From an uncultured Saprospiraceae bacterium (lineage in GTDB: Bacteria; Bacteroidota; Bacteroidia; Chitinophagales; Saprospiraceae), in NCBI GenBank assembly GCA_937997635.1, contig CALLFA010000053.1:25181-89180 (forward strand): 64,000 nucleotides of DNA, in the 5' to 3' direction. The translations under genes were made by a program, and so were the position numbers. The stretch's first letter is position 1; every line of letters starts with the position of its first letter. The notes under the pieces were generated by a model. The model worked only from the letters and a program-made list of their open reading frames with translations, was not told the origin of the DNA and searched no databases. Shown here one piece after another: positions 19,482 to 26,960 of this stretch.

Positions 19482-22400
19482 TCATACATATTACAGCCTC
19501 CGCCACGGCACCCTCTCCCCAGAAGAGCTCGCCGCACACGCCGCCCAACACGGCATCACCAGCCTTGCACTCACCGACATCAACAACACCTCTTGTGCTT
19601 ACCAATTCATCAAAGCTTGTGAGAAGAATAAAATCAAACCAGTACTCGGCATCGAATTTCGTGATACACCACAAACACCAAAACTAGACACTGATTCAAA
19701 TAATAAAACTCAAGAGCCAAAACCCTACACAAACAATTCAACACCTACCTTGTCGGCAGGCAGATTCAACATTAAACAGTCAACATTACTCTACGTCGGG
19801 ATAGCTAAAAACAACGAAGGATGGCGCGAACTCTGCGAACATCTGACACACAGCTCACTAGAGAATACGCCGTTGCCAGTTCATGCACCTGCGTTTGAGA
19901 ATGCCTATATCATCTATCGAAAATTACCGCCGCATAAAGGCATCAACCAACTGCGGGACAATGAATACATCGGGGTGACGCCTGATGAGGTTAACCGTTT
20001 GTATTCGTCTTATCTAAAAGACCACAAAGATAAATTGGTGGTGTTTGCTCCTGTTACTTTTTTGGATCAGGATGGATTTAAAGTGCATAAGTTGCTTCGA
20101 TGTATCGACCTAAATATCATCATTGGGAAACTTGATCGGCAACATCATGGAAAAGCCAATGAAGTCTTTCACACTCCTGAGCAATTGGAAAAAATATATG
20201 AGCAGTATCCAGAGCTTATAGTGAACGCGAAAAAGATCATGGACAGTTGTTCGATTGATATGTGCGATAAGTCGACGAATAATCGAAAGACATTTACGGG
20301 CTCTCATGCGGGTGATGTCGAGTTGCTCCACAAGCTGTCTGTAAACGGTTGCTTGCGTCGCTATGGCAAACACAACCGCAAAGCCATGACCCGAACATTG
20401 AAGGAATTAAAGGTGATTCACAAGCTTGGCTTTGCGCCGTACTTTTTGATTACGTGGGACATTGTGCGGTATGCACAAACGGCAGGATATCATCACGTCG
20501 GTCGTGGGAGTGGTGCCAATTCTATCGTCGCCTATAATCTGTACATCACCGATGTTGATCCGCTTGATTTGGATCTCTACTTTGAACGATTCATCAATCC
20601 GCATAGGAGTTCGCCACCAGATTTTGATATTGACTTTTCTTGGGATGAGCGCGACGATGTGACGGATTATATTTTTAAACGGTATGGCACAGAACACACG
20701 GCGCTGCTTGCCACATACAACACCTTTAAAGGCAAGTCCATCATTAGAGAATTGGGCAAAGTTGTTGGTTTGCCAAAAGCCGACATCGACATCATAGTGA
20801 ATGAGCCATACAATGATGCCAAGCACCATCCCTTTGCCAAACACATCTTTCGCTACGGTGGTATGATGGAAGGATTTCCCAATTATCTCTCCATTCACGC
20901 GGGTGGGATATTGATAAGTGAAAAGCCACTCAACTACCACACGGCTTTGCAGATGATGCCAAAGGGGTTTCCTGTGACACACTTCGACATGTATGGTGCC
21001 GAAGATTTGGAATTCCATAAATACGATGTGTTGAGTCAACGGGGACTTGGACACATCAAAGATGCTGTGAAGTTGATCGAACAAAATAAGGGCATGGCTG
21101 TGGATATCCACAACATTCCAAAATTAAAAGAAGATCCGCAGGTTAAAGAGCAGCTAAAATCAGGGCAATGCATCGGTTGCTTTTATATCGAGTCTCCTGC
21201 GATGCGAGGCTTGCTTACTAAGTTGAAATGCGACAACTACATTCATCTGGTCGCTGCCAGTTCCATCATCCGTCCTGGTGTTGCCAAATCTGGAATGATG
21301 CGTGAATACATCAAGCGATTCCACGACCCCGATAGCTTTAATCACATCCACCCCGTTTTTGAAGAACACTTAGGAGAGACCTTTGGCGTGATGGTGTATC
21401 AAGAAGATGTGATGAAAATTGTCCATCATTTTTCAGGATTAGATTTAGATGAATCTGATGTCTTACGACGAATTATGACTGGCAAGAAGAAGAGTTCTGA
21501 TACCTTCCATCGGCTACGTGAAAAATATTACCTCAACTGCAAAGAGCGCGGTTATCCACAAGCATTGAGTGAAGAAGTGTGGCGGCAGATCGCAAGTTTT
21601 AGCGGCTACTCCTTTTGCAAGGCACACTCTGCCAGTTTTGCCGTAGAGTCTTTTCAAAGTTTGTATCTCAAGACCTATTATCCCAAAGAATTTATGGTTG
21701 CGGTCATCAATAACTTTGGTGGCTTTTATCGTACTGAAGTCTATGTACACGAAGCGAGAATGTGTGGCGCAAACATCGAAGCCCCTTGTGTCAACAACAG
21801 CACTTACTTAACTAATATATATGACAATGATGTCTACATTGGCCTCATCCACATTGCGGACCTCCAGCGCAAACTTGGGCAACAGATCGTACACGAGCGA
21901 TTGGTCAATGGCGAGTATCGCAGCATGCAAGATTTTGTCAGTCGCATTGACATCCGTAAAGATCAATTGGAAATTTTAATCCGCATCGGCGCCTTCCGAT
22001 TCACGGGCATGAATAAATACGAATTGATGTGGGAGAAAAATGCTGTCCACAATCCTATCATCAAACACTACGGAGAGAAAAGTCTGTTTGAAGTGGAAGC
22101 CGAAACCTTTAGTTTGCCAAGTTTGACAGAAGGCGAATACGAACAAGCCTTTGACGAAATTGAATTGCTTGGCTTTCCTTTGTGTTCGCCCTTCGATTTA
22201 TTGACGACGGAGTATCGCGGGCAAATTGTAGCCAAAGATTTGAAGAAATGCATCGGCAAGCGCGTACAAATGATGGGCTATTACGTTGCACAAAAACATG
22301 TCACGACAGTTAATCGCAAACACATGAGTTTTGGTACGTGGCTAGATTGTGAAGGCCGATTTTTTGACACCACACATTTTCCACCAGCGCTTGCTGCTCA

Positions 22401-22521
22401 TCCGTTTCGAGGTAGAGGTTGTTATCTGATCACTGGAAAGATTGTCGAAGATTTTGGCTTTCCTGGTTTGGAAGTGGAGAAGATGGAGAAGCTGGCTTAT
22501 GTGAAGGATGGACGTTATTAA
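19468..22521 (+). CDS. dnaE2: Error-prone DNA polymerase III alpha-like (DnaE2/ImuC type)
   Basis: 1017 aa. It has a PHP N-terminus (HTYYSLRHG...ALTDINN) and a polymerase core (GRGSGANSIVAYNLYITDVDPL, PPDFDIDFS). There is no long C-terminal tau/beta region. It is paired with a Y-family polymerase gene. Confidence 0.9.
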   Translation: MYLNNHTYYSLRHGTLSPEELAAHAAQHGITSLALTDINNTSCAYQFIKACEKNKIKPVLGIEFRDTPQTPKLDTDSNNKTQEPKPYTNNSTPTLSAGRFNIKQSTLLYVGIAKNNEGWRELCEHLTHSSLENTPLPVHAPAFENAYIIYRKLPPHKGINQLRDNEYIGVTPDEVNRLYSSYLKDHKDKLVVFAPVTFLDQDGFKVHKLLRCIDLNIIIGKLDRQHHGKANEVFHTPEQLEKIYEQYPELIVNAKKIMDSCSIDMCDKSTNNRKTFTGSHAGDVELLHKLSVNGCLRRYGKHNRKAMTRTLKELKVIHKLGFAPYFLITWDIVRYAQTAGYHHVGRGSGANSIVAYNLYITDVDPLDLDLYFERFINPHRSSPPDFDIDFSWDERDDVTDYIFKRYGTEHTALLATYNTFKGKSIIRELGKVVGLPKADIDIIVNEPYNDAKHHPFAKHIFRYGGMMEGFPNYLSIHAGGILISEKPLNYHTALQMMPKGFPVTHFDMYGAEDLEFHKYDVLSQRGLGHIKDAVKLIEQNKGMAVDIHNIPKLKEDPQVKEQLKSGQCIGCFYIESPAMRGLLTKLKCDNYIHLVAASSIIRPGVAKSGMMREYIKRFHDPDSFNHIHPVFEEHLGETFGVMVYQEDVMKIVHHFSGLDLDESDVLRRIMTGKKKSSDTFHRLREKYYLNCKERGYPQALSEEVWRQIASFSGYSFCKAHSASFAVESFQSLYLKTYYPKEFMVAVINNFGGFYRTEVYVHEARMCGANIEAPCVNNSTYLTNIYDNDVYIGLIHIADLQRKLGQQIVHERLVNGEYRSMQDFVSRIDIRKDQLEILIRIGAFRFTGMNKYELMWEKNAVHNPIIKHYGEKSLFEVEAETFSLPSLTEGEYEQAFDEIELLGFPLCSPFDLLTTEYRGQIVAKDLKKCIGKRVQMMGYYVAQKHVTTVNRKHMSFGTWLDCEGRFFDTTHFPPALAAHPFRGRGCYLITGKIVEDFGFPGLEVEKMEKLAYVKDGRY

Positions 22522-22543
22522 ACCTGCCTAGCGACAGGCAGGT
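22522..22543 (+). terminator. 7-bp GC-rich stem-loop directly after the dnaE2 stop codon (terminator or REP-like element)
   Basis: The sequence is ACCTGCC-tagcgaca-GGCAGGT followed by ttaac. The T-tract is weak. Confidence 0.35.
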
Positions 22544-22783
22544 TTAACATTCAACATTGCCAAACCCAACGGATGAGTCTCACACTTTGTGTAAGACACG
22601 AACGCTTAAAAAGCGAGCTTGCAAACACCCAAACAGTGAGCTTGCCAACGCCCGAAATAGCTGGACCAACTCATCGAATGAATTCGACGGTACACAAGAC
22701 ACGAACGCTCTTGGAAAAAGGAAAACGTTTTAGGAATATGCACCACTCTTTCTTATTAATAATAGGAGTAAGTCTTATAAGAA

Positions 22784-24634
22784 TTACCACCCAATCCCAT
22801 AATCCTCCCCAAAATTACTTGATCCACCCCACATGCTTCCTTGTTCCCAATCAAAATAAATGGCATTCATAGGGCCAGAAGTTCGATCACTGAACTGTAA
22901 GGTATAGCCCATTTTTTTCAATTCGCGGCGCGTCCAGATAGGAGTGTCGTCTCTCAACAACATGACACCTGGTCGTGTTTCATGTTTGCCAAAAGAGCCT
23001 TTCATTTGAAAACTATTGATGTTGGCGGCTTCAACGGCCTCTTGCACATTCATACCGTACTCCACCATATTTAAAAAGAACTGTAGGGAATTTTGATCTT
23101 GGCTATCGCCACCTTGGATGGCAAATGAAATATAGGGCTTACCATCTTTCAATGCCATAGAAGGAGTCAATGTCGCTCTTGGACGCTTGCCTGGCTCAAC
23201 AACATTGAATGGATTTTCTTCCTCATCCAATACAAAACTTTGCATGCGTTGGCTAAGCCCGACGCCGGTATTTCCAGCAATGACAGCAGGCACCCAACCA
23301 CCGCTCGGGGTAATGGATACGACCCAGCCATCTTTGTCTGCTGCTTGGATGGAGGTTGTCCCTAAATAGAAATTGTCATCTATAAATTCGTCGGATGAGG
23401 AACGCAGTGGCGCGACAGAAGACACACTAACCGTGTCCATTTTCTTAATGTATTCTTTATAAGGATTAGCTCCGCTGCCTTTTTGAAAGGGATATGGATC
23501 ACCAGGAAGTGTGTTCGGATCATTTTGTTCCCAGTTGATTTCTTTGACTCTGCTTTTTGCATAGTCTTTGGAGAGCAATCCTTCCATTGGTTCTTTTGGT
23601 TCGTAGTAAGGGTCACCATAGTAAAAATCTCTATCAGCGAATGCCATATTCATGACTTGATACAGCCCGTGCGTATATTTAGCTGAATTGTATTGCATGC
23701 ATTCCATGTCTAGTTGTTCCATCATATTGAGCGCCTGTAGCATGACAGGCCCTTGTACCCAAGAGGTCAATTTATAGACATCCACACCTTTGTAATTGAC
23801 CTTGTCTGGTTTCTCGATATACACTTCCCAATTTGCCAGATCTTCTTTTGTGATCAAGCCACCTTGTTCTTGCGTACCTCGCACCAGTTCATCCGCAATA
23901 TCACCTTTGTAGAATCGATCATAGGCGGCATAAATCGCTTCCTTTCTTGATTTGCCATTTTGCAAGGCTTGTTTTTCTGCTTCGACCAGTTTGAGTAATG
24001 TTTGTTTGAGATCCTGTTGTACAAAGATTTCACCTTCATTTGGTGCTTCTCTGTCTTGGCCCAGATTAGTCAGATAAATCTCTTTAGAGTATGGCCAGTC
24101 TTTGATTTTTTCTTTGTGTGTTTCAATTCGATCTGCAGTTTGTGCTTCCATTGGATAACCGTCAGCCATGTCAATTGCAGGTGCTAAGACTTCTGCAAGG
24201 CTCATTGTCCCATACTCAGCCAACATAGTCATTAAGCCACCGGGTGTTCCTGGTGTTACTGCAGCCAATGGACCAAACTGTGGGGGGTATTTCATATCTT
24301 TTTCTTTAAAGAAATTGGCCGTTGCGCCAGTTGGAGCGACACCAAGTGCGTTGATGCCGATGACTTCTTTTGTCTTCGGATTATAAATGAGCGCTTGTGT
24401 TTCTCCTCCCCAGCTTAAGACATCCCACATGGTACAAGTCGCAGCGAGCATGCCACAAGCCGCATCTATGGCATTGCCACCGTCGTTGAAGATTTTGGCC
24501 CCAGCTGTGGCGCCGAGAGGTTTGCCTGTGATGGCCATCCATTCTTTGGCGTGTAGGATTGGTTTTTGGGTGGGTTGGCTGATCAGTTCAAGGCTAGATA
24601 GGAGAATCAATGTTAAAAGCAGTTTGGAGTGCAT
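22784..24634 (-). CDS. ggt: Gamma-glutamyltransferase, periplasmic
   Basis: 616 aa with a signal peptide. The autoprocessing/nucleophile region is YLGTTSIQAADKDGWVVSITPSGG. The protein resembles the GGT family along its full length. Confidence 0.9.
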   Translation of the reverse strand: MHSKLLLTLILLSSLELISQPTQKPILHAKEWMAITGKPLGATAGAKIFNDGGNAIDAACGMLAATCTMWDVLSWGGETQALIYNPKTKEVIGINALGVAPTGATANFFKEKDMKYPPQFGPLAAVTPGTPGGLMTMLAEYGTMSLAEVLAPAIDMADGYPMEAQTADRIETHKEKIKDWPYSKEIYLTNLGQDREAPNEGEIFVQQDLKQTLLKLVEAEKQALQNGKSRKEAIYAAYDRFYKGDIADELVRGTQEQGGLITKEDLANWEVYIEKPDKVNYKGVDVYKLTSWVQGPVMLQALNMMEQLDMECMQYNSAKYTHGLYQVMNMAFADRDFYYGDPYYEPKEPMEGLLSKDYAKSRVKEINWEQNDPNTLPGDPYPFQKGSGANPYKEYIKKMDTVSVSSVAPLRSSSDEFIDDNFYLGTTSIQAADKDGWVVSITPSGGWVPAVIAGNTGVGLSQRMQSFVLDEEENPFNVVEPGKRPRATLTPSMALKDGKPYISFAIQGGDSQDQNSLQFFLNMVEYGMNVQEAVEAANINSFQMKGSFGKHETRPGVMLLRDDTPIWTRRELKKMGYTLQFSDRTSGPMNAIYFDWEQGSMWGGSSNFGEDYGIGW

Positions 24635-25001
24635 ATATTTAAAGTTTGATTTTGATCTTTCAAAATACGAATTAGCTACTTAGTAAAGTAATCTTTTAAA
24701 CAGCTAGTTTTTCTAAGATAGAATGGATAGTAATGCTGCAGTTATCCTTAAAGATTTAGTCACAAAGTGTCACTTTTTGAAAACCTGTTACTCTAATGAG
24801 TAGTTGACGTTTTTTGAAATACATTACCTGTTTTAATAATGTGCTTTAAAATTTGTATGTTTCAACATCATATTTGCTTGATGAGGAAATTATTTTGCTA
24901 AATTTAAATACCTAAATCAAATATTTTCTTCTTAATAAGCTGGCCACTTTATTAGTAGCTTTATAGGAAAATGTAAAAACATAACAGATTTAGAGAACTT
25001 T

Positions 25002-25640
25002 ATGGAGAGTAAAGGACTTTGGGAAACTGCAATAGAAGAATCCATAAAAGGAGACAATACGCTATTCAATAAGCTCTTTTTAGATCTTTATGAATCTAAG
25101 TATAGAGCTGCATTGCGGAAATTTGTTGATGATAGTTATGAAGTTGAAGAAGTGTATACAATAACGATGACTAAGTTTTGGGAAAGATTTGTAGTCCAGA
25201 GAGAAGTGCTGCCAAAAACAAATATTTAAGGATACATATATCGAATGGCCTACAATACAAATTTTCATATCAGAAGGCATGGAAGAATGGAAAAGTCTAT
25301 AGATTTAACACTCGAAAATGAACCTGGAATATCTAAGCTTGTACATAGTGTTGAGTATCCCAACTATTTGGACGCAAATGAACAGGACTCGTTGAAGAGA
25401 TCAAAATTACTTCGAGCGGCAATAGAGAAGTTAGATGAGATGTGTAAAAGTATAATTAGTGAGAATGTCATGGGCGGGATGAAATTAAAGGAATTAGTGT
25501 CTGAGTTGTCGTACAAGGGATCATATAGCGGCTTAGTGCAAAAGAAGAAACGGTGCATTAAAAAGCTGTCAAAATTAATTTATATCGAAATGAAAGCATC
25601 TGGAATCTCTGAAGAAGAAATAACTCAAAATGAAAACTGA
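25002..25640 (+). pseudogene. ECF-like sigma-70 family factor interrupted by one in-frame TAA (25227-25229)
   Basis: ORFs 25002..25229 and 25245..25640 are in the same frame. The junction reads ...LPKTNI*GYIYRMAYNTNFHIRR, which is a region 2.3/2.4-like motif. The region 4 HTH is LDEMCKSIISENVMGGMKLKELVSELS...SGLVQKKKRCIKKL. Confidence 0.7.
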
Positions 25641-26394
25641 ACGATTAGAACAAGCATATAACTTTGATTTGTCACCTGAAGAGTTAGATAAACTGAATCA
25701 ATCTGATGTGCAAAAAATAAGAGAGTACATGGCTGCTCGGACTATTTCTAATAATATAATGGAAACAGAATACTCTGAAGCATTGATTCTAAAAAAACAA
25801 GAATTTAAAACATTACTGCAAGAAGCATCTACAAACAATGCTATTCATGGTACAAATGAATTAACAAAAGAGTTGCCTAAAAATAACTTCAAATATACTT
25901 CACTGTTAATTGTCCTTGTCCTTGGTCTAATCACAGCTTTCTTTTTCTATCAATCGAATCAATCTCTTAAGGCCAATAATGTCCAAAATGAGATAGAACT
26001 CTATGCCGATAATATAATCAACATTGACTATTTGGAAAAAATCGAACGAGATGAGACCAAGATAAAAAGTGAGTTACTAGAATTTTTTCAAGCAAAGGAA
26101 TATGACGCGCTTTTAACTGCACTTGAGACGGAGAAGCTGAATGATGATAACAATAAACTATTAAAAGCTTATTCCTATTTGAAATTAGGGAAAGTAGCAT
26201 TAGCAGACCAACAAATAGCTTCGATAGATGTCGCAAATGTATTGCAACCGGATTTATATTACTGGATTGCTGTATGGATTAATGTGGAGCAAGAAAAGTA
26301 TGATGAAGCTGAAAACTTACTTGATAAACTAATAAATAATGAATATCCGTCTTCGGAGGGAGCTCAGGAGATTAAAGATAAATTACAAGACTAA
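25630..26394 (+). CDS. Anti-sigma-like single-pass membrane protein with an outside TPR-like domain
   Basis: It overlaps the end of the sigma gene by 11 nt. It has an ~85-aa N-terminal soluble part, one TM (YTSLLIVLVLGLITAFFFY) and a C-terminal helical-repeat region. Assignment is by architecture and position only. Confidence 0.45.
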   Translation: MKTERLEQAYNFDLSPEELDKLNQSDVQKIREYMAARTISNNIMETEYSEALILKKQEFKTLLQEASTNNAIHGTNELTKELPKNNFKYTSLLIVLVLGLITAFFFYQSNQSLKANNVQNEIELYADNIINIDYLEKIERDETKIKSELLEFFQAKEYDALLTALETEKLNDDNNKLLKAYSYLKLGKVALADQQIASIDVANVLQPDLYYWIAVWINVEQEKYDEAENLLDKLINNEYPSSEGAQEIKDKLQD

Positions 26395-26433
26395 CATCGT
26401 AAATAGTAAATTTGAATTCTTAAATTAAATAAC

Positions 26434-26946
26434 ATGAATGCCATAACCTTCAAACTAATATTAATCTTTATTTTTTCCTTTTTAATTTCAACCACTCTCA
26501 GTGGTCAAAGAGGAGGAGGTACTTAGACATCTCCAGAGAGATCTGGATCAGTGTTAACTCAAAACACCAGACAAGAATGTTATCAATTGCATTCTGACAA
26601 TATAATAGATTGGATTGGATGTTTATGCGCAGAGAATCCGGCAGATGAACTTTGTGAATCTGACTATTCTCAATATTCCAATGTTGATAGTTTGCCTACT
26701 GTAACTTATGAAAGAGACAACCTAATTATTGACACAAAAATTATTAATGTAACATCTGTAAGCGTGCGAATATTTAATATGAATACTGCTGTAGTAGAAT
26801 ATGCTGCAACGCTCAGTAACTTATCAGAATCTCGATTTAAGTCTATAGTTCAAATTAGTGACATTAACTTAGAGAATGGATTGTATTTAGTGGCTCTGAA
26901 TATTGATGGATTTCCAAGTAGAGCTCAGATCTTTGTTAGAAATTAA
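26434..26946 (+). pseudogene. Small secreted protein with a T9SS type A CTD-like tail, interrupted by one in-frame TAG (26524-26526)
   Basis: The ATG at 26434 encodes the signal peptide MNAITFKLILIFIFSFLISTTLSGQ. The TAG is in the same frame as ORF 26551..26946 (offset 117 nt). The tail is VSVRIFNMNTAVV...LENGLYLVALNIDGF...QIFVRN. Confidence 0.5.
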
Positions 26947-26960
26947 TTCCGTTGCTTGAG

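Noticed and set aside
19272-19674. ORFs 19272..19481 (+) and 19381..19674 (-).
   Set aside because: They read through the right-hand hairpin array, giving Pro/Arg/Ala-rich translations of the GC hairpins, and they overlap the dnaE2 start.
20407-21111. 234-aa ORF antisense to dnaE2, and many similar 60-110 aa antisense ORFs inside susC, the TBDR gene, ggt, the CRTAC1-like genes and the Cys-rich lipoprotein gene.
   Set aside because: They lie fully inside strongly supported genes on the other strand. Their sequences are unrecognisable and their composition is typical of antisense frames.
22573-22872. 99-aa ORF in the dnaE2/ggt spacer.
   Set aside because: It spans the repeat-rich spacer and overlaps the 3' end of ggt on the opposite strand. 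Its composition is not protein-like.
25227-26526. Stop-codon reassignment (TAA or TAG read as sense) as an explanation for the two in-frame stops.
   Set aside because: TAA, TAG and TGA all terminate well-supported genes at the expected protein ends throughout the window (for example murA TAA, dinB TAG, CHAT TGA). The standard code applies.
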